A DNA stretch of 64,000 nt from Bigelowiella natans CCMP2755 (taxonomy: Eukaryota; Protista; Cercozoa), in contig ADNK01001890.1 of assembly GCA_000320545.1 (NCBI GenBank), positions 1 to 64,000 on the forward strand, written 5' to 3'. Shown here one piece after another: positions 13,200-28,395 of the stretch; position 1 is the first letter of the stretch; the number at the start of each line of letters is the position of its first letter. The position numbers and the translations under genes are program-made. Below the pieces are notes generated by a model. The model worked only from the letters and a program-made list of their open reading frames with translations. It did not search any database and was not told the origin of the DNA.

Positions 13200-14552
13200 A
13201 TGGACAAAGTACACATATCTGTGTCGGTCAACAGGAAACACTTCTGGAGCTCAAATGGCAGATTTGCGAAGAGAACGCCCTCCAGTCAGTAGTTATCACA
13301 AGCTATATATGCTATATATGCTATATTATGAAACATCATTCCTCGAAGACTGATCATGCTGAGATGGCGATGATGATGATGATGATGATGATGATGCTAA
13401 TAATAATAAGGGTCACGATGATAGTTTCCATTGATAAACGATAACACCCATTCGTCATACACTCCTCCTCCTCCTCCTCTGTGTTTGAATCGTCGTAATC
13501 GTCGTTATCGTCGTCGTGCATAAGGTAATGGAGTTTGCTGTGGACGAGGAGCAAGCAACAGGCACAGAGAAGAAAAAAACGAATGATGATCATATCAACT
13601 CCAACTCTAGAAAAACCCATGCAACAGGATTATCCTCCTCGTCGTCATTTACGACGCCATTCTTTATATCGCCGGTCTCAACGATTAAAGGACCATTTGG
13701 CTGGGTCGGTGGTGACATCATGTGAAATGGATTCCCCCCCCCCCTCTTCTTCTTCTTCTTCTTCTTCTTCTTCTTCTTCTTCATGTGCTTGTCATTTACA
13801 CTTCCTCCTTTTGGAAACAAAATGAATGACGCTGAAACCGCCACAATCATCTCTCCTCCTCCTTTTCCTCCCCTTTTGATGTGTGAAGGTATGCCCCCAC
13901 CACACACCGTTCCTCCTCCTCCGAAACTCGCGACCACTCTGCACATTTCGAGTGGGAGGGGTTGGAGAATACGTAGTGGACGAGGAGATAGAGAGCCAAG
14001 AGCACCGTGTTGATTTACAACGAGAAACCTTACCAGAGATGGATTTGGCTATTTTTCTTCCTGCGGTTCCTTCCGGAGGTAAGTAGTGATATGATGATGA
14101 TGAATACATTTTGAATTGTGGGAGAACAAGGTGTTATGGCGGGTGATGATGGCAGTACAGCAAAGCAGCCTTCAACATCTATTTTCCATTCCTCAGAGGG
14201 TGCAGAGTACGGAACTCATGTCTTGACTTCTAAGAACATTTTGGCTCGCTTCTCTCCCATCATTCGTCAGTATCTGCACGTACTCAATCCAAAAGGTAAT
14301 TTGCTACATCAACTGCTACTGCTATCATCAAAGCAGTGTACATGAGTAGTATTCTGATAAGTCGTGGTGTAGATCCATGTGGTTACTACTACATACAATG
14401 GTTTCCTCCCCCTTTATAACGGGAGCTTTCCTCATTTATTCGAAAGCAGCTGCTTAGACCATTTGATTTGTGCATAAAAGACCAATCAACATTGGAGCAA
14501 CTCAAGTATGATGACAGCTTCAGGGAGGTGTTTCTTCATCATCCCCCCCCCC

Positions 14553-14597
<45 letters not shown>

Positions 14598-14601
14598 TAC
14601 A

Positions 14602-14639
<38 letters not shown>

Positions 14640-15079
14640 ACATTTTGTCTGTACATTTTAGTTGGCAAATCGTTTCGGAAAAGGCATTGAAGGCATCAGT
14701 GTACTTGAAATCTACACTCATATTTTTTTGTTATCATCAACAAAAAAACTACCACCTTTCTGTAGGTCTTAAGACTGGAAGGGGACTTGCACATCGATTC
14801 TATCATCTTTGTGCTGCAGGTGAGAAGAGGGGAGGGGGACACAAGGAAGGAACAGATGCAGCATCGCATTTTCTCATGGTTTCCTTAATTATCTCAGATT
14901 CCTTCTCTGTTCTCTACCTATAATTCATGCGGCTTTTCTTTGTACATTTCTATTGATATTCACTATTCATTCGTCTTCAATCACAAGCTACTGGATGTGA
15001 CGTCGTTTGCTGCTGCATTATCGACTCTAAATGCACTTGGGAACAGCCGTACGTGCAAACACACACACACACACACACA

Positions 15080-15143
<64 letters not shown>

Positions 15144-15601
15144 CATCCATCTATGACATAATGATGCTGCCTTGTAAATTCTACTGCAAGAAGCAAATCC
15201 CATTGATTGATTTTGTTGCCTCTCCTAACTAGCAAACACGCCATGGGTAATGTTTGCACGCACGGTGTTCGGCATCCTGAAGCTGCTTGTACGCTGGGAG
15301 GTAGTAGACCGAAATACAAGGAACAGCAGCAGCAACATGGATGATCATCCTTCTGCATGCATGTATACACTTCTTCTTGAGAGTCTTTAACTTATTTTGA
15401 ATGCCTCCTCCTCCTCCTCCTCCTCCTCCTCCTCCTCCTCCTCCTCCTTTCATGGCAGATTCGTATTCCCGGTGTAGTGTTTGTCGATGAGGCCATGCAG
15501 CGTGCCGTTGCAAGGATAGCACAACGTGCTAAACTTTGGAAGTAAGAGACAATAACAAGGAGGAGGAGAAGGAGGAGGAGGAAGAGTGGTTCCTTTATTG
15601 G

Positions 15602-15636
<35 letters not shown>

Positions 15637-16376
15637 GCTTCAGATCTGGCTATTCACCGTACGCAGAAGAGCTTTTCTCCGATCTTGAAATTTACGCGGA
15701 AAAGCTAGGGCTTGTTACCACAGTACAAATGGTACGCACGCACACACACACACACACACACATACGAGAGTACGGCTGGAAATGCACGCGCATACATGCA
15801 TGTGATGGCATTGTTCGTCGTTTGTTCTCCATATAGCTGCAGGCTGTTAGAGAGGGGAGGAAGGTCGACATCGAGACAGGGGTTAGTACCACCACCTTAA
15901 TCGACGACATAGAGTTCATTCATAGGATAGGATACACTCGTACAGATAACTTTACAAAATATAAAGATATTATGGCACAGAGTGTGTTTGTGTATGTGTG
16001 TGTGTGTGTTTTGTGTTTACATTTTCCCTTTCTTGCACCTTCCCTACTATTTGGAAGATGATTGCAACGGCGATCTACATGCGTGCCCGCCGTGCATCTG
16101 AGAAATCAAAGCTGAGACACGACGGAACCTCGGTAAATTCCAGGATAAAATGCGAAGGTGGGCAATACTTGAGAACAGCAGAGCACGTGTGCCTAAAGAG
16201 ATTTTTTCCAGTTTGCTGACCATTTTAAAAAGTGTTTCCGATAATATGTGCGTTGTGCTCGCATTAAAAATAATATTTTGAGATTGTGTAATCATACTCA
16301 GACCAAGTTAGGAGACAACGAGGAAGGCAAAAGTTGCCGACCGTTCTTCCTTAATCATCTCAGCGTGTTATTATAG
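11869..16376 (+). CDS. Multi-exon hypothetical protein with a DEK C-terminal-like domain
   Basis: GT-AG-bounded exons including LDELKWTMYQILNRTDL + TMTVKESRALLEIKLGLPKDSL (DEK_C-like, ~12560-12930), EIESQEHRVDLQRETLPEMDLAIFLP, IRIPGVVFVDEAMQRAVARIAQRAKLW, SGYSPYAEELFSDLEIYAEKLG. Hydrophobic Leu-rich start. Ends and some junctions unresolved. Confidence 0.5.
12627..12690 (+). repeat. 9-bp minisatellite (CACGAATAC-like), ~7 partly degenerate copies, intronic
   Basis: aataccacgaataccacgaataccacg visible directly. Confidence 0.8.
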
Positions 16377-17561
16377 CATAGTCACGACGTATTTTGTATG
16401 CACTCTACGTATATATGTTTGGGCATCAACGCCTGATGAGAGGCTCGTATCAGAAGTCGTAATAAAATCCTCCTTCCTTAGATCAGGCTACTTCCGTATG
16501 ATCATGTACATAGTAGGCTGTGCGCGCACACGTGTACACATTAGGATAAATGACAATATAGCCATCGTATCATGTGGACTGAGTTTTGCTCGTTGCCTTT
16601 TTCACAAGCTCACCCAACAAGACTCTGAGATATGAACTAAAGAAAGACATACAAACATCTTTGTATTCATGTTACAAAGCACTGTTACATTGCCACTTAT
16701 AGCCTTTATGGGTGCATGTGTGCCTATTTGATGCACATGAACAAGATGGATGCATATGTGGTACATACGCGTACGCACGCTTATAGCCTTTATGGCTCTA
16801 AGGCCGCCATGCAATGCTGGCTGTGAGCTCGCGCATCGTACGAATGCACGCATCAGGTGGCGTACGGCAAAAGGCAATGTACAATTGTCAATGCAAATAT
16901 ACAAAGAAGGAGAGTGTAGAAGATTTACTTTTCGATCACCGCGATTGTCAGTGACAAAACCGCTTAGCATTTAATTTAGCATGTACGTAGTTACACATTT
17001 TATACCACGCAGCACGCTGTGGTTATGTGTGCATGTGCTACAAACGTGTACATGTATATGTAGTGAGTACACATGTGCATTGCTAAGAGCTGTGGCCACT
17101 GCTCTGCATAGCTACATTAGGATGACCATTGATAAAATTTAATTAAATCATTGCATCCGTCTCATATACTCATAGCAAAGCAAAGTAGTTCGCGAAGACA
17201 GAGTAGAGGGCCGTTAGGCAGGAAGTTATTCTGTTGAGTGCGCGTTCGTTCTAATTTGCATAGTGGCGACTTTGCATCAGGTCGTACACATGAGAAAAAT
17301 GTGCACCTGAGATTTAATAGGCGAACATTGTGTGATGCACGTAATGGATTGCACACACATGGCCATGCACAATTCCCAGTTTGTAGTCATCCAATGAGCG
17401 ACTCGTTTCCTGATATCTGCTCATTTGATACATTTTCATGTCGATCACATGCATCGCATTTACCATTGCATTTGAGCATCAACGGATAAAGACCACACTC
17501 AAGGAATGCATATCACATGGGTCGAACCCTTCATGCCGAAATTGATGTTGTCGTTCCATCA

Positions 17562-18433
17562 CTATTGTCCGCTGCAAGCAGCAGGAGCTGCAAGGTCAGT
17601 TTCTATCATCGTCCTTACATTATCCCTACCACCTACAGCGTGTTCACATATAGTTGCAAGCACCACCTTCCCATAGTGAAGCTGGTTGGGAGTTTTCCTC
17701 CAGATATTATCCGCGGAAGAAACGTACTTGCCATCAATAAAAATTGGAGCGAAACCAAATTCTGATCGCTCTTTCGTGCGAGCGTAGGATGCAGCTTGAA
17801 GGTTTCTGCCCTCCTCACCATTCGCACAGTGCCGGATGCGTTCTTCATCGGCGCCGGTCAACTTGGCACACATTGGGAACACAAGCTCGAGCGCTGTGGA
17901 GAACTCATCGGATGTCGCGCAGTGGTTGTTGTTCCCGCACTTTAAGACGTCGATGTTCATCCACATGCAATGCACGAAATCAAACCAGTCTCCAAGTTGC
18001 CGAACTGCAGATTCTGAAGTTGTAGATAAACCGCCTCGTTGCGCACATAGATGGTAACGGTCCGTGACGCACATATCAGAACCGTGCTCAGTGCCCCTAT
18101 TCGAATGGTGGACAAGAAGGAAGAAAATAAGTTAAAGGGCAGGGTGATGGACATTCCTTAAAGAAATGGGGGGAAATTGACGAACTTAGCCGCGGATTCA
18201 CAGGTCCCATCTCTTGCGATTGCACCGTAGTAGTCGATGGTTACATTGAGCCAAGGCTTGACTCCAGCCTCCTCCAATGAGCTTTCATTACCCCCGCGGA
18301 GCACGATGTCCCTCATACCCGCGATATGAATTTGGCATTGCTTACATAGAGACTCAAAGTGCATTTCAACATTTATCAGTCCCACCACCCCAACGCAAGC
18401 ATAGGCTGCGAGGAGGGCGGCGAATGAGCGCAT
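17562..18433 (-). CDS. Gamma-interferon-inducible lysosomal thiol reductase (GILT)-like protein
   Basis: Signal peptide MRSFAALLAAYACVGVVG; INVEMHFESLCKQC matches the GILT active-site CxxC; intron 18185-18097 gives EHGSDMCVTDRYHLC (variant of QHGxxECxxNxxxxC); CANGEEGRNL and APIFIDG downstream. Confidence 0.85.
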
Positions 18434-19028
18434 CCCAATGTGGAGTCAGTCCCCGGCACGATTATTTTCGAATAAGAATGAAAGGGTGCGAGGGATTTAA
18501 ACAACAATTCCCCCCTATTCTGGTGGTTCCTCCTTCTCGCATTATTGTTGCCCAAAACTGATGCAGGTGGCAAGCTGTTGTGACCTTGTAAAGGCTTTTG
18601 CCTAATCCAATCCATCCTGGCTAAAAATAGTACCGCATATGACTACCATATTGTACAAAACGAACAATCTGCCCTCGTAAAAAGGTAGTAACTGCAGCCT
18701 CACCGCCCTCTAAGGAACTCTCCCGCCTTTAAGGACCGGGATACGACGCGTTTACTCCTAAAATCGATAAACTATTGTGATTTTGACGACAAACCGCCTT
18801 TATTCTTCATCTTATCTTCGATGCCAAGATGCCCTCGCTGTGTGGCACGCATTCTCGAGCTATCGGAAAAAGGAATTACGCATCTAGATATTTGCAAAGA
18901 GCTCCTATTTTAGGCAAATTTGCGTGAATGCAGCGGGCCAGGGCTTGAAGTAATGGCAAGGGATTTTGGATTCTCCTCACGTTATCCTCGCACAACTCGA
19001 ACATCCAGCACCACCGAAGGTTGTTACT

Positions 19029-22000
19029 ATGGGAGGTTTGAGGGCATCCCCACTAGGAAGTCTCTGCTCTCTTTTGATCAGCCTTTCGACTCATGTGGAT
19101 GCACGGGGACCTATGGTACCAGCTTCAGTGACGACTCTAACAGGGGGAAGATTTCAGAGCCCACAGAATATTGAACACTCAGTGACTGATATCGAACATG
19201 ATGAAACGAATAGTTTGCTTTATTTAAGTGTCACTGCGATTTCTACCACCAATTATCGAGATGATGAGACTGGGATAGCTACTATAATGTCTTGGAACAT
19301 GACTTCGCGGACATATACCCAGCTTGCTGGCTGGGAGACAGGTGGCGGCGGTACAACTGGCACGATTACAGACGGAATTGGCAGTGCAGCCAGAATTATT
19401 GCTCCGTATGGTATCGTGTCTGATACTACAACTCAGAACATGTATTTTACGGATAAGGGAAGTATTAGAAAGCTTCAAATATCGAATAATGAGGTTACAA
19501 CCCTGGCATCTACAACGACTTCTCTAAACTTTTACAATGATGGAACCTTACAAACAGCCACATTTCATCTTGAGCAGCGGGGCATAGTATTTCATAACAA
19601 TGTATTATATGCACTCTCGCAATTTCACATACGGAAAATCAACCTCACAAACGATGAAGTAACAACTGTCGCTGGGCCTATTGACATTGTAGCTGGTACA
19701 AGAGATGGGCAGGGATCCAACGTCTTATTCGATACAGCATACGGATTTGACATTCAAGAATTCCCAGTTGCCTATGTATCAATGAAAAAATATGTGCGGA
19801 AGGTGAATTTGGTTTCAGGGGAGGTCACATCAATTGAAGTGGTACTTGGCCGACAAACAAATGCTTTAGAGGGTCTGGCAGTTGATAGAATAAGTTCTCC
19901 TAATGCGGTCTATGCTGTTGATGCTCAGTTGCAAGTTGTAAGAAGTGTTGATTTAAGCAACAACTCTCCATCAATAGCTATACAAAGGGGGAGTACAATA
20001 GCTTCTTCTCCTAGTGGAACCAAGGATGGAACAGGAAGCACAGCAAGTTTCTATTTAATGACGGGCTTGGCTATACACGTTGATCCTTCAAACCTTGTAA
20101 GAAAACTGTACATTGGCCAGCCTGAACAAGTTACAGAAGTCACTGATCATAGCACCGAGATGCCTACGAGTTCTCCGATAACTTCAACTCCAACACTGCC
20201 TCCTAGCCCCACTGGAGCACCAAGCACTGCCCCTACCTTCACACCCATCACTCTATCACCTTCCTATTCCCCCACCATAACCCCTGTAACACTAACACCG
20301 ACAACCTCACCAAGTACAGCCCCTTCAAGTTCTCCGACTCCATCTCCATCGCTCACACCGACAACTTCACCAAGTACAGCCCCTTCAAGTTCTCCGACAC
20401 CATCTCCATCGTCCACACCAACGAATTCTCCAACACCATCTCCATCGCTCACACCAACAACCTCACCAAGTACAGCCCCTTCAAGTTCTCCGACACCATC
20501 TCCATCGTCCACACCAACGAATTCTCCAACACCATCTCCATCGCTCACACCAACAACCTCACCAAGTACAGCCCCTTCGAGTTCTCCAACACCATCTCCA
20601 TCGTTCACACCGACAACTTCACCAAGTACAGTCTCTTCGAGTTCTCCAACACCATTTCCATCGTCCATGCCAACACTACTGCCAACAAATTCTCCAACAG
20701 CTTCTCGTGCATCCGAGAGTCCAGTAACACAGATAGATCTACAGCAAGCACTCACGGTCAGCACCTAGCCATTCTTTTTCTTCACTTCGATTATTTCTTT
20801 ACATATATATATCTCTTACTGTGCTTATTTATTGTCCAACAATACATGCAATACATGTGGTGTAGGGTTCCGTGGATTATCCGGAGGCTAACTGCTCTTA
20901 CCGTCTATTCATCGAAGCAAAATGGTCCAATGCGATCATAACGAAGGTAATCTACTGCTATCCTTTTAGTAGTATGTGTTTGCGTATGTGACATATTAGG
21001 CTCGTATTCTAGGATACCACTACAACTTGTTCCCATGTGCTTCTAATTGTTTCCACACACCGTCATCACAGCTGGAGCTTTCACCAGAGCATGTGCGTGT
21101 ATACACCACTTGTGTCAGGGGAGTGGGTGTACGATTCGCCATCATCATTAAAGGTACGTACACTAGTGGCAAGAACAGTCAAATTAGATGTAGGAGACAG
21201 AATCATTGAAGAGCCAGATACTAGATGTTCATTTCTTCTTATCCTTTTCAACAACAGAAGGATTTAGCGGCTCGCAAACGCGAATCGAAGAACGTAAAGC
21301 CGTTATTCTAGACGAAGCTAGAACACAAGGCGTGCTCACCTACTTCAATATGACGTAAGTAACAGAAACAAAAACATAAGTCCTGCAACTTGTGTTGCGT
21401 AATTATTACGTGTATGTGAGCAGATTTTTATCACGTAACTTGCAAGTTGGGCCAGCGCATGGAGCCTATATATATGGACCTGAGGTAACACGTTGAGTGA
21501 AATGTTATCGTACCTCTGCCTCGTTAAGAAAATAAACGAACACGAGCAAGCTAGCTCCTTCAATATAATTCTAACCTGACAAACTATACGCTCACCTTTA
21601 CTCACATTAATAGAGAGATTCTGAAACGAAAACAGAGGGCAGTATTCCAATGGGCATGGTAAGAAGATTATACCTCTAAGTATCTTTCAACCTAAAGTAC
21701 ATTGCGAAGTCGTTCATTATATGCATACTAACAATATACTACTACGTTGTTTAAGATGATCGGCATCATAATTGGAGGAGTCGCCATCATCATCTTCTTC
21801 TCCGTTTGGGGACTCTCCTTATTGGTCTTATAACAACAATAACAACAAACAACAACAACAACAACAACAACCATAGTGCAGTAGGCGACACTTAATGAGA
21901 ACTTCAATGATGACTTCGATTTAACTATATCATCGATATTAGAATTTGAAACGTCAACCGAAGAAGCAGGAGCCACGGAAGGGTTCTATAAGGGTGAAAA

Positions 22001-22081
22001 GAAAGAAATCTCGATTTCAAAGCCCTAATAGTCGTCGTGTGTCTGGTGACTCAAACCTGGGTGAGATGATAAAAATTAAAC

Positions 22082-22120
<39 letters not shown>

Positions 22121-23552
22121 CACTGGTATACATGTTATATGTGTCCTGGCTTACCTATTGCTGAGTTAATTTATTATTCATATCTTGCCCAACGTATTCT
22201 GCTCAATACTACTACAACTACTACTACTACAACTACTACTACTACTACTACCACCACTACTCTCCGTCTAGGGTCGTCATATGGAGACTCAAGTCGCAGT
22301 TCTAGGACGTCACATGCCGGGGCGCATCGAACGTCGCGAGGTTCAGATTTGGGCTTGATCAAGAATTATCATCGGAGAAGATCATCCAGCATCGACTCCA
22401 GAAAGAACTCCACTGGCTTGAAACTAAGTACTAGCGAATATATTATTTCCATAGCGTGTGACTTGTAATCATCAATAGTGCCTTTAATTGTATGCCTATC
22501 CATTACGACATTCTTAGCTATTGATACCCCGCACCGCCCAAACGACATGCTAATGCGCAATATCACGATGACTGAGGACTTGGAGTGTGGCACCACGCCC
22601 GAAATCTCGCCAATGAACAAGGACAGCAACGATGGCTCTGGAAAACAACGAAGGAGTTTTGATTTTAAAAAGGTGTCTGTAGCTAAATATACATGTCACA
22701 TATACACATACTCTAGCTTTCGTCATCAAATATCGTTACATGTGTTATAATAAGCATCTTTGTCAATTTACATAGCTCACACCCTTCTTGCGCTGTCTTG
22801 TTGTATAGGTTGTGGACACACGCGTAGCTATGAAACTTCTGAACGAACAGGTTGGTTTTCTACATTTCCACCTCCATGAGGAAGAGTATCTATTAATTCG
22901 GCCCCGTTTAAAACATGCTTCGAATCGACATAAACTCAGTCTATCCTTACACAAAATACAGAAGCATACGTTGAAGGATGCGTTAAGGAAAAGCGAGCAC
23001 AAAAGTCAAAGCAGGGGCAGCAAGGTAAACCACATAAATAAACCAAGAGAGAAAACAAAACACAAAAAATTTCTGTTAACAAAAGGGGCGGCATAAACCT
23101 ACAGGAAAGTACGGTACCCGACAGGCCTGGAGGAGTCATCAAAGGTGCGTCAAAGGGAGAGGCTAGATACACACATAAAAAAGAAACATACAAGTCTATA
23201 CACACCTCGATACACAAGTGGCTGGTTACTTGCATGTGGTCTTTGTTAAATAATGACAGCTTTCTCTTTGAACTGCTTCCATGAAAACAAGAACGAGTCA
23301 GCACACAAAAAGGATAAATGGCTATATCTGAACATGCTGCTGCACTTTGCAACAGGTTTACCGAGGCGGATTCCGACTAATGGAGACGTAGATGAAAGTT
23401 GTCATCGTCGTTCTTCCAACAATGTTCGGGGCGAATCTCCTCCACCAGCCCCTCCCCCACCACCCTTAGAACCCCATCCCGATGACATCAACCCACGTCT
23501 ACCCTTTGCATCTGAGATAGCAAAGAGTACCGGCCATTTAATTAATTGCTGA
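19029..23552 (+). CDS. Type I membrane protein: signal peptide, NHL-repeat beta-propeller, Thr/Ser/Pro stalk, TM helix, basic cytoplasmic tail
   Basis: NHL-like motifs DGIGSAARIIAPYGI, DGQGSNVLFDTAYGF, DGTGSTASFYLMTGL in the 18966-20768 ORF (ATG at 19029); TM exon IGIIIGGVAIIIFFSVWGLSLL (~21757-21826); later exons end ..STGHLINC* at 23552. Downstream joins only partly resolved. Confidence 0.72.
20296..20690 (+). repeat. Coding tandem repeat (60-bp and 36-bp modules forming a 96-bp unit), mucin-like stalk
   Basis: Repeated TPTTSPSTAPSSSPTPSPS(L/S) and TPTNSPTPSPSL with near-identical DNA. Confidence 0.9.
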
Positions 23553-24501
23553 AGAATGAGTGCTTTATTCTATATTATTACAGTACTATTCAATATTATT
23601 ACGGTACAAAACACATATAAAGGCACCGCACTATAGCCCACATGATACATATAGACGTACTTTTTATCCAAAACATTTAAAATGTTTGGAAGAAATTAAA
23701 AATTATAATAATTTATTTGATGGATATATTATGGCATTATCAATTTACTAAAAATAAAATTATTGATAGCTGTTAATATAATAATAAAAAGTTGCTCTTA
23801 TGTATCTCTATTCGTGTAGCGCCAGTAGTCCGACACTTGTGTTTGTATCATGCATACAGCATGAGCTAGCACAGGATGAGCATCATACATGTAATGCACA
23901 TGCTTGCTAGCTTGGCTGTCTCACGCGTAAAGCAACTGTGATCTTTGTAACGTGGCGGACGATAATATACTTGAATCATTATGCACAGTGACGGTAAAAT
24001 GCGTAGTCATGCAGTGGCATCAGGAGCTTGCATGTTTTTGAAGACATATATAATAAGTCTTCACACATGCATTACAATGCAACCTATACTTACCTAATTA
24101 GCGTAAGCTAACTAATCTACTGGCCGCTGCTACCAAGCATAAGCTGTCATCATAAACTCCGTGATGATGCTCATTTTGATTGCATATCTCTGCTACTAGT
24201 ACTACTATGCTCACTGTTTCCACATGGGTGGATTTATATTCCATCGCGAACATCCGTGTTCGTTGATCCAACTGTGCTATGAAAATCCGTGCATTTTACA
24301 GAATTTGCATCGCTGCAGCACAAATAGGATGTTCCATTCACTTAGAAAAAAGGCACTTACGCTACGCTACAAAGTGCATTCTATACACCTTTTAATAATA
24401 AGCAGTGTAAATATGACCAGACTTGGAATCCAAACAACATGCGACGAAACATTAATGCGTGTAGCTCTCTTCCCCCCCCACGCCCCTCTCTCTTTTTTTC
24501 T

Positions 24502-24728
24502 CTAAGCAATCAATTCTCCATCATCCTCCTCCTCCTCCTCAAGGATCTCCGCATCCACCGCCACACTACAACTATTAGTATCGATTCGGTCTTTTCCAGC
24601 GACTGACATACTCAATTCATCGGAATAAGAAGTAGGCTGCTGTTTGTCGTTTATGCATGGTGCCATGAAGTACACAATAGCGCCCATGGCTCTAAATACC
24701 GTCACAAAGACAGTGACCTGATGAGTAG

Positions 24729-24768
<40 letters not shown>

Positions 24769-24826
24769 ATAATAATGAGAGATAATGATCAGAGGTATTA
24801 TAGGCGGAAGGGAGAAAGTGCTCACG

Positions 24827-24858
<32 letters not shown>

Positions 24859-25136
24859 TATTAGTGTCACCGAGATTGCAAGGACGATTCTTTCGTTGCT
24901 GCTATCTTTCTCTCCCTCCTTTGGTTTTTCGCATGAATTTGTACTACATTCACACGTGGTGCAGGTGGTGGTGGCACCAGTGTCACAAGGCCACTTTGCT
25001 GCAACGAAGTTTAGCCATATTGTCGTAGTATCTGGAGAGGTGCTGCTTTCCTCACGTACCTTGCGAGACATGATAAAATCGCCAAATATCAAAATAAGAA
25101 CAAAGGCTACACACACACACACACACACACACACGT

Positions 25137-25168
<32 letters not shown>

Positions 25169-25285
25169 ATATACACATACACATATACACATACACATAT
25201 ACACAAATGTTTACGAAAACAACGATAGATTGTGGATATTTCTGTTTCGCTACTACTACTGCTACTACTACTGCTACTACTACTG

Positions 25286-25319
<34 letters not shown>

Positions 25320-26096
25320 CATTTGCACGGAGGATCCGACCGCTTGAAGAGCGTGCTGAATGTTAGCAGCATCATAAGAGTCTGTAATCACGTCGTAGCT
25401 TCGCGAGGCAAGAATCGTCGTGGTGTTGCTTTTTGCAAAGGAATTGTACTGGGCTCGTTGCAGCAGTGCAAGAAGATCGGTTCCTGAGACGCCACGTCCA
25501 ACATAGAAGTCATTGTGGAATGGAGAGAGGGTAATCACTTCATCCTTCGTGATGTTTCCTGGCCAGAGATCATACCGAAAACCACCACGAGAGAAGATTG
25601 AAAAGTATCTAAAACGTTAGAAAAAGAGGAGGAGGAGGAGGAGGAGGGGAGGAGGGGGGGAGGGGGAGGAGGAGCTACGTCGATAATATGTGGTGGTTTT
25701 ATCAGTGCGTATGTTTAGCAGTATATTGTGATTGCAGCCTCTCTTTCTAACATCCTCAGTGTTAAGATGATGATCTTCTCCATTCCTCTCCCTATCTTGC
25801 TGCTACTTCCCCTCCCCCCATTCTCTTCTTCTTCTTCTTCTTCTTCTTTTTGTTTTTGTGTTGTTATTGTTGTTGTTGTTTGTTGTTGTTGTTTGTTGTT
25901 GATAACATTACGATGTCCTGTCTTGTATTCTTAATCCGAACGGAACGACTTGGTTGTTAAACACATCCCACAGCTCATCACTACTGGATCTCAATCGAGA
26001 GGGGAATGGGCTGCAACCTATCACCTCATCGAGTCGTAACCTAGCGCGTGCTTGCTTAATCCGCTCCTTAATCTTTTCAATAGTAGCACCCATTGC

Positions 26097-26132
<36 letters not shown>

Positions 26133-27032
26133 TATCATCACTCAAACAAGCAAATCAGACGATGAAGAAGACTATACATCGCCAATATGCAGCAAGAACG
26201 TATTCATTCAATACTCAAATAGCAGCACAGGTAATGCACATAAGGGAGAAAACGAAGGGGCGGCTAGCAACAACAACAACAACAACAACAGCAGCAACCA
26301 GCACTTTAAGTCCAGTAGACGTGTGAAACCCAGTCCCATTGAGAGGATACCCACACCTTGAGGCCAGCACGGCTCGGTTAGCATCAACATTAACATGAGC
26401 GAAGGTGGGGGGGATGATGACAGAACCACCACCAGCAGCAGGAACGGTGGTAAGAGATGCAGAGATAAAGCCAACCTGAATCACCACAGAGAACAGGCAG
26501 GGAGGGGGGGGGGGAGGAGAGAGAGAGAGAGAGAGGATGATGATGAAGGAGGACGATGAGTTATCTTTTGAAAACGACCGCTGCAGCACGATACACTGTT
26601 TCATGCAAGAACGGCACAAAAGAGACTCATAAGAGGAAAGCAAAATAAATTCACGTTCCTTCCACTTCTCTCTTTGCCCTTCGGCCTTCTCGAGCACAAT
26701 TCTCACCGTATCAAAGTAGTGCCCTGCCTCATAAGAAACCGCATAATCATCGATTTGGTGGTAGCCACGATAATGCGTATGGCCGGTGAGGAAGATGATG
26801 GGGTAATTAGCTCCCATTATTGCACGTGTGCGGTTGCGAATAACGCTGACGAGCTCATTGCGGACCTGAATAATTAGCTAGCATTAAAAGGGGAGGGGGG
26901 GGAAGGAAGGTATCTTCTTCCTCAATTGTTTCTACATTTCACATTCTTAACAACTGTTACAGTTATTGTATACATCCATGTGTGCGAGCACGAATGAGGC
27001 CTCTCCCTGCTGCAGCGCTGTGGCAAACCTAG

Positions 27033-27069
<37 letters not shown>

Positions 27070-27819
27070 AGTAATTATAAAGAACAAGAAGAAGAAGAAG
27101 AAGAAGAAGAAGAAGAAGAAGAGAAGAGCATAGAAGCGAAGGAACAAACTCAATAAATATAGATGCACATTAAGACTTTGATCACACGACGATTTCATGA
27201 TGCTGCTGCTGCTTTTTGTCCAAGAGGTTAGGATTATACTACTACTACTACTAATACTAAAACTACCATTTTCCGCCATCTATCCTGCCCCTCCCCCCCC
27301 CATAAAAACCATTGCTATTCTCCTCACCAGGGCTCCATAACCACCTGTTCAACCATCCTCACCTCAACGGAGGGGCAGTGATTCTGCATATTATACAAGA
27401 AACCGAAGGTCGTGTATTTGCGTCCAGAGGCAGCTCCCATGAGAATAGTGTAGTTAGTGCCGAGCCGCTGTCCCGTCGTGCTATTGACCACATTTGTGGT
27501 AACATACCGTCCGGAGAAATGTGCCCCGAAGCCGTTCGGAGCGTTGATATTACCGATTGTTGCGTCATTGTAGAGTTCTATTATATTATACATAACTTAT
27601 TGTGAGAAATGTACTGAGCTGGGGAAAGAGCTATTCTGCATTCATTGGCTAAGTGCTCTCTGTATTGTTCCTGATCATGTGATCATTGAGAATGTATGAA
27701 TCCCCGTGTAAAGGCAGTAGATTCTATCTACTACCATGGTTGCCCGTGTTGACAAGATCGAAAGGCATCATTGTGAGGAGTGGTCCTGTTAACGGGTAAC
27801 CGTTTGGATCTAGCAGCAG

Positions 27820-27863
<44 letters not shown>

Positions 27864-28013
27864 GCATGCAATACCACAACCCACGAAGTAACTACATTCT
27901 GTACAATTTATACAAAATATGGGATGATCAAAGCTACCTGAGAGCCCGGTTCCATCTACTATGTCTCCATTATTTACAAGAAAGAGGTCCCTATTATGCG
28001 CAAGTGCACACAC

Positions 28014-28050
<37 letters not shown>

Positions 28051-28395
28051 ATCATGTTTTAGAGGGAGGAAGGAGGGTTTGCTGGCAAGTGTAATACGTG
28101 AAGATGCTTGCGGTCCCTTCCTACGTTTTTACCGATTAAGCGCTTGAGCTTCTTGTTTGACGTGGTAATAGAAAGAGTATAAATCTCCATAGTCTGCATC
28201 CTTGGGAGGAGAGGAATCTGGCTGCTTATGACCGCTAATCCAGCTGTGCACATCTGTGACAACCATGATGTTTAGACCGTCCGCGAACGGAAGATCGACG
28301 CTCCCCGTCACAAACAGCATGTTTTCGTCGCACCCCCCGAAAACTAGCATCATTGCTACGACGAACAGACTGCGGCGGGCAGGAGAATTGAGCAT
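24502..28395 (-). CDS. Calcineurin-like metallophosphoesterase / 5'-nucleotidase family (yeast YHR202W-like), signal peptide and C-terminal TM anchor
   Basis: Motifs in order across exons: VVTDVHSW, NNGDIVDGTGLS, VNTGNH|E, VLAHMD, FLTGHTH; C-domain GGFRYDLWPGNITKDEVITLSPFHN; hydrophobic IVLAISVTLIIG near the 3' end. Confidence 0.88.

Noticed and set aside
18330-18350. Selenocysteine form of GILT
   Set aside because: The active site is plain CKQC with no in-frame TGA.
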